A DNA stretch of 64,000 nt from Escherichia coli (GTDB lineage: Bacteria > Pseudomonadota > Gammaproteobacteria > Enterobacterales > Enterobacteriaceae). The stretch lies in assembly GCF_003991155.1 (NCBI RefSeq), contig NZ_CP031293.1. One strand, given 5' to 3'. Positions 44,955 to 57,165 of the stretch are shown here, piece by piece (positions within the stretch are counted from its first letter, which is position 1; each line of letters begins with the position of its first letter). A model generated the notes under the pieces. It searched no databases and had not been told where the DNA came from. It saw nothing but the letters and a program-made list of their open reading frames with translations. Both the position numbers and the translations under genes were made by a program.

Positions 44955-45968
44955 ATGTCTGAAGGCTGGAACATTGCCGTCCTGGGCGCAACTGGCGCTG
45001 TGGGCGAAGCCCTGCTTGAAACGCTGGCTGAACGTCAGTTCCCGGTTGGGGAAATTTATGCACTGGCACGTAACGAAAGCGCAGGCGAACAACTGCGCTT
45101 TGGTGGTAAGACAATCACCGTGCAGGATGCTGCTGAATTCGACTGGACGCAGGCGCAGCTGGCGTTTTTTGTCGCAGGCAAAGAAGCTACCGCTGCCTGG
45201 GTTGAAGAAGCGACCAACTCAGGTTGTCTGGTGATCGACAGCAGCGGATTGTTTGCTCTCGAACCCGACGTACCGCTGGTGGTGCCGGAAGTAAACCCGT
45301 TTGTACTGACCGATTACCGCAACCGGAATGTCATCGCCGTACCAGACAGTCTGACCAGCCAGCTGCTGGCGGCACTGAAACCGCTAATTGATCAGGGCGG
45401 TTTATCACGTATCAGCGTTACCAGCCTGATTTCAGCCTCCGCCCAGGGTAAAAAAGCGGTCGATGCGTTAGCGGGGCAGAGTGCTAAATTACTCAATGGC
45501 ATTCCGATTGACGAAGAAGATTTCTTCGGGCGTCAACTGGCATTCAATATGCTGCCGTTACTGCCGGATAGCGAAGGTAGCGTGCGTGAAGAACGTCGTA
45601 TCGTTGACGAAGTACGCAAAATCCTGCAGGACGAAGGGCTGATGATTTCGGCAAGCGTCGTCCAGGCACCGGTATTCTATGGTCATGCCCAGATGGTCAA
45701 CTTTGAAGCACTGCGTCCGCTGGCGGCAGAAGAAGCGCGTGATGCGTTTGCTCAGGGCGAAGATATTGTGCTCTCTGAAGAGAACGAATTCCCGACTCAG
45801 GTGGGGGATGCTTCTGGTACGCCGCATCTTTCCGTTGGCTGCGTACGTAATGATTACGGTATGCCGGAGCAAGTTCAGTTCTGGTCGGTGGCCGATAACG
45901 TTCGCTTTGGCGGCGCGCTGATGGCAGTAAAAATCGCCGAGAAACTGGTGCAGGAGTATCTGTACTAA
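44955..45968 (+). CDS. usg: Aspartate-semialdehyde dehydrogenase homologue Usg
   Basis: 337 aa with N-terminal NAD-binding GATGAVG motif. Confidence 0.9.
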   Translation: MSEGWNIAVLGATGAVGEALLETLAERQFPVGEIYALARNESAGEQLRFGGKTITVQDAAEFDWTQAQLAFFVAGKEATAAWVEEATNSGCLVIDSSGLFALEPDVPLVVPEVNPFVLTDYRNRNVIAVPDSLTSQLLAALKPLIDQGGLSRISVTSLISASAQGKKAVDALAGQSAKLLNGIPIDEEDFFGRQLAFNMLPLLPDSEGSVREERRIVDEVRKILQDEGLMISASVVQAPVFYGHAQMVNFEALRPLAAEEARDAFAQGEDIVLSEENEFPTQVGDASGTPHLSVGCVRNDYGMPEQVQFWSVADNVRFGGALMAVKIAEKLVQEYLY

Positions 45969-46780
45969 TGTCCGACCAGCAACAACCGCCAGTTTATAAA
46001 ATTGCGCTGGGCATTGAGTACGACGGCAGTAAGTATTACGGCTGGCAACGGCAGAACGAAGTCCGCAGTGTGCAGGAGAAGCTGGAAAAGGCGCTCTCCC
46101 AGGTGGCGAACGAACCGATCACCGTCTTCTGCGCCGGGCGTACTGACGCAGGTGTACACGGCACCGGGCAGGTTGTGCATTTCGAAACGACCGCGCAGCG
46201 CAAAGACGCTGCGTGGACGTTGGGCGTAAATGCGAATTTACCTGGTGACATCGCCGTGCGTTGGGTTAAAGCTGTACCTGATGATTTTCATGCCCGATTT
46301 AGCGCCACGGCTCGCCGTTATCGCTACATCATCTACAATCATCGGCTGCGCCCGGCGGTATTGAGTAAAGGAGTAACCCATTTTTACGAACCGCTGGACG
46401 CTGAACGGATGCATCGGGCTGCGCAATGTTTGCTGGGCGAGAATGATTTCACCTCGTTCCGTGCGGTGCAGTGTCAGTCCCGGACCCCGTGGCGCAACGT
46501 TATGCATATTAATGTCACGCGTCACGGTCCTTATGTGGTGGTAGATATCAAAGCGAATGCCTTTGTACATCATATGGTCAGGAATATTGTCGGCAGCCTG
46601 ATGGAAGTCGGTGCCCACAACCAGCCGGAGAGCTGGATAGCAGAGTTGCTGGCGGCAAAGGACAGAACGCTGGCGGCAGCAACGGCAAAAGCGGAAGGGC
46701 TATATCTGGTCGCGGTGGATTACCCTGACCGATATGATCTTCCAAAACCGCCAATGGGCCCGCTATTTCTGGCGGACTAA
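45968..46780 (+). CDS. truA: tRNA pseudouridine(38-40) synthase TruA
   Basis: 270 aa with TruA motifs (RTDAGVHG). Confidence 0.95.
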   Translation: MSDQQQPPVYKIALGIEYDGSKYYGWQRQNEVRSVQEKLEKALSQVANEPITVFCAGRTDAGVHGTGQVVHFETTAQRKDAAWTLGVNANLPGDIAVRWVKAVPDDFHARFSATARRYRYIIYNHRLRPAVLSKGVTHFYEPLDAERMHRAAQCLLGENDFTSFRAVQCQSRTPWRNVMHINVTRHGPYVVVDIKANAFVHHMVRNIVGSLMEVGAHNQPESWIAELLAAKDRTLAAATAKAEGLYLVAVDYPDRYDLPKPPMGPLFLAD

Positions 46781-46862
46781 CGAGAATAACGCTCGGAACA
46801 TTTCAGGCTGTAGCCAACGTAGTTACAGCCTGAAAGATGACGAGTACAAGGCATAGGCAAAT

Positions 46863-47522
46863 ATGGACCTGATTTATTTCCTCATCGATTTTATCCTGCA
46901 CATTGACGTGCATCTGGCAGAACTGGTCGCGGAGTATGGCGTCTGGGTTTATGCCATTTTGTTCTTAATTTTGTTCTGTGAAACCGGTCTGGTGGTAACG
47001 CCGTTTTTACCGGGTGATTCATTGCTGTTTGTTGCCGGTGCGTTGGCATCACTGGAAACCAACGATCTCAACGTCCATATGATGGTGGTGCTGATGCTGA
47101 TCGCCGCGATTGTGGGTGACGCGGTGAACTACACCATTGGACGGTTATTTGGTGACAAACTGTTCAGTAATCCGGATTCGAAAATCTTTCGTCGCAGTTA
47201 TCTCGACAAAACCCATCAGTTTTATGAGAAACATGGCGGCAAAACGATTATTCTCGCCCGTTTTGTGCCGATCGTCAGAACGTTCGCGCCGTTTGTTGCG
47301 GGAATGGGCCACATGTCGTACCGTCATTTCGCCGCTTTTAACGTCATCGGCGCGTTGCTATGGGTACTGATTTTTACCTACGCGGGTTATTTCTTCGGAA
47401 CGCTCCCCTTCATTCAGAGCAACCTTAAACTGATGATTGTTGGCATTATTTTTGTTTCAATATTGCCAGGTGTTTTCGAATTTATTCGCCACAAACGCGC
47501 TGCGGCACGCGCCGCAAAATAA
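46863..47522 (+). CDS. dedA: Inner-membrane protein DedA
   Basis: 219 aa DedA/SNARE-associated family membrane protein. Confidence 0.92.
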   Translation: MDLIYFLIDFILHIDVHLAELVAEYGVWVYAILFLILFCETGLVVTPFLPGDSLLFVAGALASLETNDLNVHMMVVLMLIAAIVGDAVNYTIGRLFGDKLFSNPDSKIFRRSYLDKTHQFYEKHGGKTIILARFVPIVRTFAPFVAGMGHMSYRHFAAFNVIGALLWVLIFTYAGYFFGTLPFIQSNLKLMIVGIIFVSILPGVFEFIRHKRAAARAAK

Positions 47523-47677
47523 AAAGTAACTCCGCGGTTCGACCACTTTTTTATCCAAAGTTTCGGGCTGTTATGTTTTAATGTGCAACATTCATGGTCT
47601 GTTGGGGGCAAAAATGGCATTATGCGTCCCCAAAGATAAAACTGGCATCGAACCAGGTTCAGACAGAAAGGTCCCTA

Positions 47678-48592
47678 ATGAGCTGGATTGAACGAATTAA
47701 AAGCAACATTACTCCCACCCGCAAGGCGAGCATTCCTGAAGGGGTGTGGACTAAGTGTGATAGCTGCGGTCAGGTTTTATACCGCGCTGAGCTGGAACGT
47801 AATCTTGAGGTCTGTCCGAAGTGTGACCATCACATGCGTATGACAGCGCGTAATCGCCTGCATAGCCTGTTAGATGAAGGAAGCCTTGTGGAGCTGGGTA
47901 GCGAGCTTGAGCCGAAAGATGTGCTGAAGTTTCGTGACTCCAAGAAGTATAAAGACCGTCTGGCATCTGCGCAGAAAGAAACCGGCGAAAAAGATGCGCT
48001 GGTGGTGATGAAAGGCACCCTGTATGGAATGCCGGTTGTCGCTGCGGCATTCGAGTTCGCCTTTATGGGCGGTTCCATGGGGTCTGTGGTAGGTGCACGT
48101 TTCGTGCGTGCCGTTGAGCAGGCGCTGGAAGATAACTGCCCACTGATCTGCTTCTCCGCCTCTGGTGGCGCACGTATGCAGGAAGCACTGATGTCGCTGA
48201 TGCAGATGGCGAAAACCTCTGCGGCACTGGCAAAAATGCAGGAGCGCGGCTTGCCGTACATCTCCGTGCTGACCGACCCGACCATGGGTGGTGTTTCTGC
48301 AAGTTTCGCCATGCTGGGCGATCTCAACATCGCTGAACCGAAAGCGTTAATCGGCTTTGCCGGTCCGCGTGTTATCGAACAGACCGTTCGCGAAAAACTG
48401 CCGCCAGGATTCCAGCGCAGTGAATTCCTGATCGAGAAAGGCGCGATCGACATGATCGTCCGTCGTCCGGAAATGCGCCTGAAACTGGCGAGTATTCTGG
48501 CGAAGTTGATGAATCTGCCAGCGCCGAATCCTGAAGCGCCGCGTGAAGGCGTAGTGGTGCCACCGGTACCAGATCAGGAACCTGAGGCCTGA
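47678..48592 (+). CDS. accD: Acetyl-CoA carboxylase carboxyltransferase beta subunit AccD
   Basis: [35 protein letters not shown]... with the Zn-ribbon. The ORF-track 47594 start is an upstream extension. Confidence 0.95.
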
Positions 48593-48602
48593 TAACTGAT
48601 AA

Positions 48603-48629
48603 GGGCAGGGCCACTGGCTCTGCCCTTTT
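48603..48629 (+). terminator. Intrinsic terminator after accD
   Basis: gggcag-ggccactggct-ctgccc followed by TTTT. Confidence 0.65.
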
Positions 48630-48661
48630 GCTATTCTCACCGTAACGAATCAGCGGATACC

Positions 48662-49930
48662 ATGATTATCAAACGCACTCCTCAAGCCGCGTCGCCTCTG
48701 GCTTCGTGGCTTTCTTATCTGGAAAACCTGCACAGTAAAACTATCGATCTCGGCCTTGAGCGCGTGAGCCAGGTCGCGGCGCGTCTTGGCGTTCTGAAAC
48801 CAGCGCCATTTGTGTTTACCGTTGCGGGTACGAATGGCAAAGGCACCACTTGCCGTACGCTGGAGTCGATTCTGATGGCGGCAGGGTACAAAGTGGGCGT
48901 CTACAGTTCGCCGCATCTGGTGCGTTATACCGAGCGCGTACGCGTGCAGGGCCAGGAATTGCCGGAATCGGCCCACACCGCCTCTTTTGCGGAGATTGAA
49001 TCGGCACGCGGTGATATTTCCTTGACCTATTTCGAGTACGGTACGCTGTCGGCGTTGTGGCTGTTCAAACAGGCACAACTTGACGTGGTGATTCTGGAAG
49101 TAGGGCTGGGCGGTCGTCTGGACGCAACCAATATTGTCGATGCCGATGTCGCGGTAGTAACCAGCATTGCGCTGGATCATACCGACTGGCTGGGGCCAGA
49201 TCGCGAAAGTATTGGTCGCGAGAAAGCAGGCATCTTCCGCAGCGAAAAACCGGCAATTGTCGGTGAGCCGGAAATGCCTTCTACCATTGCTGATGTGGCG
49301 CAGGAAAAAGGTGCACTGCTACAACGTCGGGGCGTTGAGTGGAACTATTCCGTCACCGATCATGACTGGACGTTTAGCGATGCTCACGGCACGCTGGAAA
49401 ATCTGCCGTTGCCGCTTGTCCCGCAACCGAATGCCGCAACGGCGCTGGCGGCACTGCGTGCCAGCGGGCTGGAGGTCAGTGAAAATGCCATTCGCGACGG
49501 GATTGCCAGCGCAATTTTGCCGGGACGTTTCCAGATTGTGAGCGAGTCGCCACGCGTTATTTTTGATGTCGCGCATAATCCACATGCGGCGGAATATCTC
49601 ACCGGGCGTATGAAAGCGCTACCGAAAAACGGGCGCGTGCTGGCGGTTATCGGTATGCTACATGATAAAGATATTGCCGGAACTCTGGCCTGGTTGAAAA
49701 GCGTGGTTGATGACTGGTATTGTGCGCCCCTGGAAGGGCCGCGCGGTGCCACGGCAGAACAACTGCTTGAGCATTTGGGTAACGGCAAATCATTTGATAG
49801 CGTGGCGCAGGCATGGGATGCCGCAATGGCGGACGCTAAAGCGGAAGATACCGTGCTGGTGTGTGGTTCGTTCCACACGGTCGCACATGTCATGGAAGTG
49901 ATTGACGCGAGGAGAAGCGGTGGCAAGTAA
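48662..49930 (+). CDS. folC: Dihydrofolate synthase / folylpolyglutamate synthase FolC
   Basis: 422 aa with Mur-ligase-type P-loop (GTNGKGTT). Confidence 0.95.
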   Translation: MIIKRTPQAASPLASWLSYLENLHSKTIDLGLERVSQVAARLGVLKPAPFVFTVAGTNGKGTTCRTLESILMAAGYKVGVYSSPHLVRYTERVRVQGQELPESAHTASFAEIESARGDISLTYFEYGTLSALWLFKQAQLDVVILEVGLGGRLDATNIVDADVAVVTSIALDHTDWLGPDRESIGREKAGIFRSEKPAIVGEPEMPSTIADVAQEKGALLQRRGVEWNYSVTDHDWTFSDAHGTLENLPLPLVPQPNAATALAALRASGLEVSENAIRDGIASAILPGRFQIVSESPRVIFDVAHNPHAAEYLTGRMKALPKNGRVLAVIGMLHDKDIAGTLAWLKSVVDDWYCAPLEGPRGATAEQLLEHLGNGKSFDSVAQAWDAAMADAKAEDTVLVCGSFHTVAHVMEVIDARRSGGK

Positions 49931-50582
49931 GTTTCAGAATCGGTTAGTGGGCACGATCGTGCTGGTGGCGCTGGGGGTGATAGTACTTCCAGGGCTGCTG
50001 GACGGGCAGAAAAAACATTATCAGGATGAGTTCGCGGCTATCCCGCTGGTGCCGAAAGCGGGCGATCGCGATGAGCCTGATATGATGCCAGCCGCCACTC
50101 AGGCGTTGCCGACGCAGCCGCCGGAAGGCGCAGCGGAAGAGGTGCGGGCAGGTGATGCCGCAGCACCGTCGCTCGATCCGGCCACTATTGCAGCCAATAA
50201 CACCGAGTTTGAACCGGAACCTGCACCGGTCGCCCCACCGAAGCCGAAACCGGTGGAGCCGCCGAAACCGAAGGTTGAAGCACCACCTGCGCCGAAGCCA
50301 GAACCGAAGCCGGTCGTGGAAGAAAAAGCAGCGCCAACGGGTAAAGCTTATGTTGTGCAACTGGGCGCGCTGAAAAATGCCGATAAAGTGAATGAGATTG
50401 TCGGTAAGCTGCGCGGTGCCGGTTATCGGGTTTATACGTCGCCATCCACGCCAGTGCAGGGTAAAATTACCCGTATTCTGGTTGGGCCGGATGCCTCGAA
50501 AGATAAGCTGAAAGGTTCGCTGGGTGAGTTGAAGCAACTTTCTGGCTTAAGCGGCGTGGTAATGGGTTATACACCGAATTAA
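49920..50582 (+). CDS. dedD: Cell-division protein DedD (SPOR domain)
   Basis: GTG start with RBS ggagaag, overlapping the folC stop; (M)ASKFQNRLVGTIVLVALGVIVLPGLL; Pro-rich linker and C-terminal SPOR domain. Confidence 0.9.
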   Translation: MASKFQNRLVGTIVLVALGVIVLPGLLDGQKKHYQDEFAAIPLVPKAGDRDEPDMMPAATQALPTQPPEGAAEEVRAGDAAAPSLDPATIAANNTEFEPEPAPVAPPKPKPVEPPKPKVEAPPAPKPEPKPVVEEKAAPTGKAYVVQLGALKNADKVNEIVGKLRGAGYRVYTSPSTPVQGKITRILVGPDASKDKLKGSLGELKQLSGLSGVVMGYTPN

Positions 50583-50760
50583 TATGGTCTTGCCTGATGC
50601 GACGCTGGCGCATCTTATCAGGCCTGGGCTGGAGTAGCCCCGTAGGTCGGATAAGGCGTTTACGTCGCATCCGACAGTCGTTGCCTGATGCGACACTGGC
50701 GTGTCTTATCAGGCCTACGCTGGAGCAGCCCCGCGCCGCATCCGACACGCATTGCACGAT
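50583..50760. repeat. REP/BIME cluster between dedD and cvpA
   Basis: Several alternating REP units: gcctgatgcgacgctggcgcatcttatcaggcc, ggataaggcgtttacgtcgcatccgaca, gcctgatgcgacactggcgtgtcttatcaggcc. Confidence 0.8.
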
Positions 50761-50839
50761 GCCGCAAAGGCATAAAAAGTCGATGGCGTTGAATATTTTT
50801 TCAGCGCCATTTTTATTGATGCGTGGGAAGGAAATCCCT

Positions 50840-50868
50840 ACGCAAACGTTTTCTTTTTCTGTTAGAAT
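50840..50868 (+). promoter_or_regulatory. PurR operator and -10 element of the cvpA-purF promoter
   Basis: acgcaaacgttttctt matches the PurR box consensus ACGCAAACGTTTGCGT; followed by -10-like tagaat (50863-50868). Confidence 0.7.
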
Positions 50869-50911
50869 GCGCCCCGAACAGGATGACAGGGCGTAAAATC
50901 GTGGGACACAT

Positions 50912-51400
50912 ATGGTCTGGATTGATTACGCCATAATCGCGGTGATTGCTTTTTCCTCTCTGGTTAGCCTGATCCGCGGCTTTGTTCGTGAAGCGTTATC
51001 GCTGGTGACATGGGGTTGTGCTTTCTTTGTTGCCAGTCATTACTACACTTACCTGTCAGTCTGGTTTACGGGCTTTGAAGACGAACTGGTTCGAAATGGG
51101 ATTGCCATCGCGGTACTGTTTATCGCTACCCTGATCGTTGGTGCTATCGTGAACTTCGTGATAGGCCAGTTGGTGGAGAAAACGGGGTTGTCAGGCACCG
51201 ATCGGGTGCTGGGCGTCTGTTTCGGTGCGTTGCGCGGTGTGTTGATTGTTGCCGCCATTCTCTTCTTTCTCGACTCCTTTACCGGGGTGTCGAAAAGCGA
51301 AGACTGGAGCAAATCACAGCTGATCCCGCAGTTCAGTTTTATCATCAGATGGTTTTTTGATTATCTGCAAAGCTCGTCAAGTTTCTTGCCCAGAGCGTAA
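50912..51400 (+). CDS. cvpA: Colicin V production / membrane protein CvpA
   Basis: 162 aa membrane protein immediately upstream of purF. Confidence 0.93.
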   Translation: MVWIDYAIIAVIAFSSLVSLIRGFVREALSLVTWGCAFFVASHYYTYLSVWFTGFEDELVRNGIAIAVLFIATLIVGAIVNFVIGQLVEKTGLSGTDRVLGVCFGALRGVLIVAAILFFLDSFTGVSKSEDWSKSQLIPQFSFIIRWFFDYLQSSSSFLPRA

Positions 51401-51436
51401 GTGCTCTGAGATGTGGCTTAACGAGGAAAAAGACGT

Positions 51437-52954
51437 ATGTGCGGTATTGTCGGTATCGCCGGTGTTATGCCGGTTAACCAGTCGATTTATGATGCCTTAA
51501 CGGTGCTTCAGCATCGCGGTCAGGATGCCGCCGGCATCATCACCATAGATGCCAATAACTGCTTCCGTTTGCGTAAAGCGAACGGGCTGGTGAGCGATGT
51601 ATTTGAAGCTCGCCATATGCAGCGTTTGCAGGGCAATATGGGCATTGGCCATGTGCGTTACCCTACGGCTGGCAGCTCCAGCGCCTCTGAAGCGCAGCCG
51701 TTTTACGTTAACTCCCCGTATGGCATTACGCTTGCCCACAACGGCAATCTGACCAACGCTCACGAGTTGCGTAAAAAACTGTTTGAAGAAAAACGCCGCC
51801 ACATCAACACCACTTCCGACTCGGAAATTCTGCTTAATATCTTTGCCAGCGAACTGGACAACTTCCGCCACTACCCGCTGGAAGCCGACAATATTTTCGC
51901 TGCCATCGCTGCTACAAACCGCTTAATCCGCGGCGCGTATGCCTGTGTGGCGATGATCATCGGCCACGGTATGGTTGCTTTCCGCGATCCTAACGGGATT
52001 CGTCCGCTGGTACTGGGAAAACGTGATATTGACGAGAACCGTACAGAATATATGGTCGCTTCCGAAAGCGTAGCGCTCGATACGCTGGGCTTTGATTTCC
52101 TGCGTGACGTCGCGCCGGGCGAAGCGATTTACATCACTGAAGAAGGGCAGTTGTTTACCCGTCAATGTGCTGACAATCCGGTCAGCAATCCGTGCCTGTT
52201 TGAGTATGTATACTTTGCTCGCCCGGACTCGTTCATCGACAAAATTTCCGTTTACAGCGCGCGTGTGAATATGGGTACGAAACTGGGCGAGAAAATTGCC
52301 CGCGAATGGGAAGATCTGGATATCGACGTGGTGATCCCGATCCCGGAAACCTCGTGTGATATCGCGCTGGAAATTGCGCGTATTCTGGGCAAACCGTACC
52401 GCCAGGGCTTCGTTAAAAACCGCTATGTTGGCCGCACCTTCATCATGCCGGGCCAGCAGCTGCGTCGTAAGTCCGTGCGCCGTAAACTGAACGCCAACCG
52501 CGCCGAGTTCCGCGATAAAAACGTCCTGCTGGTCGACGACTCCATCGTCCGTGGCACCACTTCTGAGCAGATTATCGAGATGGCACGCGAAGCCGGAGCG
52601 AAGAAAGTGTACCTCGCTTCTGCGGCACCGGAAATTCGCTTCCCGAACGTTTACGGTATCGATATGCCGAGCGCCACGGAACTGATCGCTCACGGTCGCG
52701 AAGTAGATGAAATTCGCCAGATCATCGGTGCTGACGGGTTGATTTTCCAGGATCTGAACGATCTGATCGAAGCCGTTCGCGCTGAAAACCCGGATATCCA
52801 GCAGTTTGAATGCTCGGTATTCAACGGCGTCTACGTCACCAAAGATGTTGATCAGGGCTACCTCGATTTCCTCGATACGTTACGTAATGACGACGCCAAA
52901 GCAGTGCAACGTCAGAACGAAGTGGAAAATCTCGAAATGCATAACGAAGGATGA
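51437..52954 (+). CDS. purF: Amidophosphoribosyltransferase PurF
   Basis: 505 aa with N-terminal MCGIVGI Ntn-hydrolase start and PRTase domain. Confidence 0.97.
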   Translation: MCGIVGIAGVMPVNQSIYDALTVLQHRGQDAAGIITIDANNCFRLRKANGLVSDVFEARHMQRLQGNMGIGHVRYPTAGSSSASEAQPFYVNSPYGITLAHNGNLTNAHELRKKLFEEKRRHINTTSDSEILLNIFASELDNFRHYPLEADNIFAAIAATNRLIRGAYACVAMIIGHGMVAFRDPNGIRPLVLGKRDIDENRTEYMVASESVALDTLGFDFLRDVAPGEAIYITEEGQLFTRQCADNPVSNPCLFEYVYFARPDSFIDKISVYSARVNMGTKLGEKIAREWEDLDIDVVIPIPETSCDIALEIARILGKPYRQGFVKNRYVGRTFIMPGQQLRRKSVRRKLNANRAEFRDKNVLLVDDSIVRGTTSEQIIEMAREAGAKKVYLASAAPEIRFPNVYGIDMPSATELIAHGREVDEIRQIIGADGLIFQDLNDLIEAVRAENPDIQQFECSVFNGVYVTKDVDQGYLDFLDTLRNDDAKAVQRQNEVENLEMHNEG

Positions 52955-53048
52955 TGCCTTCGCTCAGGGTGCCGTTCTGGCACCCTGACTTGCAACTCCC
53001 GCCGAAATCCTGCAAAGTCTGCCTGCAAGTCTGACAGGGCAACTATTT

Positions 53049-53618
53049 ATGAAACGACTCATTGTAGGCATCAGCGGTGCCAGCGGCGCGATTTATGGCG
53101 TGCGCTTATTACAGGTTCTGCGCGATGTCGCAGATGTTGAAACGCATTTGGTGATGAGCCAGGCCGCGCGCCAGACCTTATCTCTTGAAACGGATTTTTC
53201 CCTGCGTGAAGTGCAGGCGTTAGCCGATGTGACGCACGATGCGCGCGATATTGCCGCCAGCATCTCTTCCGGTTCTTTCCAGACGCTGGGGATGGTGATT
53301 TTACCCTGTTCAATCAAAACCCTGTCCGGCATTGTCCATAGCTATACTGATGGCTTACTGACCCGTGCGGCAGATGTGGTGCTGAAAGAGCGTCGCCCGT
53401 TGGTGCTCTGCGTACGTGAAACACCATTGCACTTAGGCCATCTGCGTTTAATGACTCAGGCAGCAGAAATCGGTGCGGTGATTATGCCTCCCGTTCCGGC
53501 GTTTTATCATCGCCCGCAATCCCTTGATGATGTGATAAATCAGACGGTTAACCGTGTACTCGATCAATTCGCCATAACCCTTCCTGAAGATCTCTTTGCC
53601 CGCTGGCAGGGCGCATAA
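53049..53618 (+). CDS. ubiX: Flavin prenyltransferase UbiX
   Basis: 189 aa flavoprotein (MKRLIVGISGASGAIYGVRLL...). Confidence 0.95.
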   Translation: MKRLIVGISGASGAIYGVRLLQVLRDVADVETHLVMSQAARQTLSLETDFSLREVQALADVTHDARDIAASISSGSFQTLGMVILPCSIKTLSGIVHSYTDGLLTRAADVVLKERRPLVLCVRETPLHLGHLRLMTQAAEIGAVIMPPVPAFYHRPQSLDDVINQTVNRVLDQFAITLPEDLFARWQGA

Positions 53619-53626
53619 CTCCGCTG

Positions 53627-53650
53627 TTGCCCTGTTTCAGGGCAATTTTG
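53627..53650 (+). terminator. Intrinsic terminator after ubiX
   Basis: ttgccctg-tttc-agggcaa followed by TTTTG. Confidence 0.7.
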
Positions 53651-53883
53651 CAACCGCGATCAAATCCTCGACATTTTGTTCCTTTCGATGAATCGAAACG
53701 CTGCGATTCAACCGCCATACCTGCTATCTTCAACTTCAGGACAATAATGCAACGTCTTATTAACATATTTAACGTTGAATGTTACTGCTGTCGTCAAGAT
53801 GGCATAAGACCTGCATGAAAGAGCCTGCAAACACACAACACAATACACAACATAAAAAAGCCATTTTCACTTGAGGGTTATGT

Positions 53884-54666
53884 ATGAAGAAGTCGATTCT
53901 CGCTCTGTCTTTGTTAGTCGGTCTCTCCGCAGCGGCTTCCAGCTATGCGGCGCTACCGGAGACGGTACGTATCGGAACCGATACCACCTATGCGCCGTTC
54001 TCGTCGAAAGATGCTAAAGGTGATTTTGTTGGCTTTGATATCGATCTCGGTAACGAGATGTGCAAACGGATGCAGGTGAAATGTACCTGGGTTGCCAGCG
54101 ACTTTGACGCGCTGATCCCCTCACTGAAAGCGAAAAAAATCGACGCCATTATTTCGTCGCTCTCCATTACCGATAAACGTCAGCAGGAGATTGCTTTCTC
54201 CGACAAGCTGTACGCCGCAGATTCTCGTTTGATTGCCGCCAAAGGTTCACCGATTCAGCCAACGCTGGATTCACTGAAAGGTAAACATGTTGGTGTGCTG
54301 CAGGGATCAACCCAGGAAGCATACGCTAACGAGACCTGGCGTAGCAAAGGCGTGGATGTGGTGGCCTATGCCAACCAGGATTTAGTCTATTCCGATCTGG
54401 CTGCAGGACGTCTGGATGCTGCGTTACAAGATGAAGTTGCTGCCAGCGAAGGTTTCCTTAAGCAACCCGCCGGTAAAGATTTCGCCTTTGCAGGCCCATC
54501 AGTGAAAGACAAAAAATACTTCGGTGACGGCACCGGTGTAGGGCTGCGTAAAGATGATGCTGAACTGACGGCGGCCTTCAATAAGGCGCTTAACGAGCTG
54601 CGTCAGGACGGCACCTACGACAAGATGGCGAAAAAGTATTTCGACTTTAATGTCTACGGTGACTGA
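53884..54666 (+). CDS. argT: Lysine/arginine/ornithine-binding periplasmic protein ArgT
   Basis: 260 aa with signal peptide; paralogue of the downstream hisJ. Confidence 0.93.
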   Translation: MKKSILALSLLVGLSAAASSYAALPETVRIGTDTTYAPFSSKDAKGDFVGFDIDLGNEMCKRMQVKCTWVASDFDALIPSLKAKKIDAIISSLSITDKRQQEIAFSDKLYAADSRLIAAKGSPIQPTLDSLKGKHVGVLQGSTQEAYANETWRSKGVDVVAYANQDLVYSDLAAGRLDAALQDEVAASEGFLKQPAGKDFAFAGPSVKDKKYFGDGTGVGLRKDDAELTAAFNKALNELRQDGTYDKMAKKYFDFNVYGD

Positions 54667-54886
54667 TACGTCGCAGGGAAGCTGTACCTGATGAAATGAT
54701 CATCATGGTGCACGCCAGGTTTGTTGCACTATCGTGGTGCATTGAAATGCATACTTAAGCATTTTTAATGAAAAATAATACGTCTAACGGGGCGGGATAT
54801 TTTGCCTTGATGGTCAATTTTATGGCACGATAAGTGTAACAAACCTGTAAATATTCCCTATAAAAAGACTGTCAGTTGAGGACATT

Positions 54887-55669
54887 ATGAAAAAACTGGT
54901 GCTATCGCTCTCTCTGGTTCTGGCCTTCTCCAGCGCAACTGCGGCGTTTGCTGCGATTCCGCAAAACATCCGCATCGGTACCGATCCGACCTATGCGCCA
55001 TTTGAATCAAAAAATTCACAAGGTGAACTGGTTGGCTTCGATATCGATCTGGCGAAGGAGTTGTGCAAACGCATCAATACGCAATGTACGTTTGTCGAAA
55101 ACCCACTGGATGCGTTAATCCCGTCCTTAAAAGCGAAGAAGATTGACGCCATCATGTCATCGCTTTCCATTACGGAAAAACGTCAGCAAGAAATAGCCTT
55201 CACCGACAAACTGTACGCTGCCGATTCTCGTCTGGTGGTGGCGAAAAATTCCGACATTCAGCCGACAGTCGAATCGCTGAAAGGCAAACGGGTAGGCGTA
55301 TTGCAGGGCACCACCCAGGAGACGTTCGGTAACGAACACTGGGCACCAAAAGGCATTGAAATCGTCTCTTATCAGGGGCAGGACAACATTTATTCTGACC
55401 TGACTGCCGGACGTATTGATGCCGCGTTCCAGGATGAGGTCGCTGCCAGCGAAGGTTTCCTCAAACAACCCGTCGGTAAAGATTACAAATTCGGTGGCCC
55501 GTCTGTTAAAGATGAAAAACTGTTTGGCGTAGGGACAGGCATGGGCCTGCGTAAAGAAGATAACGAACTGCGCGAGGCACTGAACAAAGCCTTTGCCGAA
55601 ATGCGCGCTGACGGTACTTACGAGAAATTAGCGAAAAAGTACTTCGATTTTGATGTTTATGGTGGTTAA
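54887..55669 (+). CDS. hisJ: Histidine-binding periplasmic protein HisJ
   Basis: 260 aa periplasmic binding protein, first gene of hisJQMP. Confidence 0.93.
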   Translation: MKKLVLSLSLVLAFSSATAAFAAIPQNIRIGTDPTYAPFESKNSQGELVGFDIDLAKELCKRINTQCTFVENPLDALIPSLKAKKIDAIMSSLSITEKRQQEIAFTDKLYAADSRLVVAKNSDIQPTVESLKGKRVGVLQGTTQETFGNEHWAPKGIEIVSYQGQDNIYSDLTAGRIDAAFQDEVAASEGFLKQPVGKDYKFGGPSVKDEKLFGVGTGMGLRKEDNELREALNKAFAEMRADGTYEKLAKKYFDFDVYGG

Positions 55670-55758
55670 TCGCCATCGGTGAAAGAAAGCCCGCTCCCTT
55701 CGGGTAACCGGAGGGAGACAAGAGGCGGTAATTCACCACACACGACAGGACAGGCAGC

Positions 55759-56445
55759 ATGTTGTATGGGTTTTCAGGTGTTATTTTACAGGGTGCGCTC
55801 GTCACGCTGGAGCTGGCGATCAGCTCTGTAGTGCTCGCTGTAATCATCGGTTTAATTGGCGCTGGCGGTAAGCTCTCGCAAAATCGGCTTTCGGGGCTGA
55901 TTTTCGAAGGGTACACCACGCTGATTCGAGGCGTGCCGGACTTGGTGTTGATGCTGCTAATTTTCTACGGTTTGCAGATTGCACTAAACACGGTGACGGA
56001 GGCGATGGGCGTCGGGCAGATTGATATTGATCCGATGGTCGCAGGTATTATCACTCTCGGTTTTATCTACGGTGCTTATTTTACCGAAACGTTTCGTGGC
56101 GCGTTTATGGCAGTGCCGAAAGGACATATAGAGGCGGCGACGGCGTTCGGTTTTACTCGTGGGCAAGTGTTTCGGCGGATCATGTTTCCGGCGATGATGC
56201 GTTACGCCCTGCCAGGCATTGGCAACAACTGGCAGGTGATCCTCAAATCTACCGCACTGGTTTCGTTACTCGGCCTGGAAGATGTGGTCAAAGCCACGCA
56301 GCTGGCAGGCAAAAGTACCTGGGAACCGTTCTATTTCGCCATCGTCTGTGGCGTGATTTACCTGGTTTTCACCACCGTTTCCAATGGTGTGCTGCTGTTC
56401 CTTGAGCGCCGCTACTCCGTGGGTGTGAAGAGGGCTGACCTGTGA
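55759..56445 (+). CDS. hisQ: Histidine ABC transporter permease HisQ
   Basis: 228 aa permease. Confidence 0.93.
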   Translation: MLYGFSGVILQGALVTLELAISSVVLAVIIGLIGAGGKLSQNRLSGLIFEGYTTLIRGVPDLVLMLLIFYGLQIALNTVTEAMGVGQIDIDPMVAGIITLGFIYGAYFTETFRGAFMAVPKGHIEAATAFGFTRGQVFRRIMFPAMMRYALPGIGNNWQVILKSTALVSLLGLEDVVKATQLAGKSTWEPFYFAIVCGVIYLVFTTVSNGVLLFLERRYSVGVKRADL

Positions 56446-57158
56446 TCGAAATCTTACATGAATACTGGAAACCGCTGCTGTGGACCGACGGTTATCGCTT
56501 TACTGGTGTGGCGATCACTCTGTGGCTGCTTATTTTGTCGGTAGTGATAGGCGGAGTCCTGGCGCTGTTTCTGGCGATTGGTCGTGTCTCCAGTAATAAA
56601 TACATCCAGTTTCCAATCTGGTTATTTACCTATATTTTTCGCGGTACGCCGCTGTATGTTCAGTTGCTGGTGTTCTATTCCGGCATGTATACGCTGGAGA
56701 TTGTTAAGGGGACCGAGTTTCTTAACGCCTTTTTCCGCAGTGGCCTGAACTGTACTGTGCTGGCGCTGACGCTTAACACCTGCGCTTACACTACCGAGAT
56801 TTTTGCTGGGGCAATCCGTTCGGTTCCGCATGGGGAAATTGAAGCAGCCAGAGCCTATGGCTTCTCGACTTTTAAAATGTATCGCTGCATTATTTTGCCT
56901 TCTGCGCTGCGTATTGCGTTACCGGCATACAGCAACGAAGTGATCCTGATGCTGCACTCTACTGCGTTGGCATTTACTGCCACGGTGCCGGATCTGCTGA
57001 AAATAGCCCGCGATATTAACGCCGCCACGTATCAACCTTTTACCGCCTTCGGCATTGCCGCGGTGCTCTATTTAATCATCTCTTATGTCCTGATCAGCCT
57101 CTTTCGCAGAGCGGAAAAACGCTGGTTGCAGCATGTGAAACCTTCTTCAACGCACTGA
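56442..57158 (+). CDS. hisM: Histidine ABC transporter permease HisM
   Basis: 238 aa permease; overlaps the hisQ stop. Confidence 0.93.
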   Translation: MIEILHEYWKPLLWTDGYRFTGVAITLWLLILSVVIGGVLALFLAIGRVSSNKYIQFPIWLFTYIFRGTPLYVQLLVFYSGMYTLEIVKGTEFLNAFFRSGLNCTVLALTLNTCAYTTEIFAGAIRSVPHGEIEAARAYGFSTFKMYRCIILPSALRIALPAYSNEVILMLHSTALAFTATVPDLLKIARDINAATYQPFTAFGIAAVLYLIISYVLISLFRRAEKRWLQHVKPSSTH

Positions 57159-57165
57159 GAATACG

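Noticed and set aside
47594..47677. N-terminal extensions proposed by the ORF track for accD, and likewise for prmB (32876), yfcS (27297), yfcR (28141), mnmC (39880), fadL (18582), yfcZ (18924) and dedD (49902)
   Set aside because: The extensions lack an RBS and add residues absent from the well-known proteins. Downstream ATG/GTG codons with good Shine-Dalgarno sequences reproduce the canonical N-termini.
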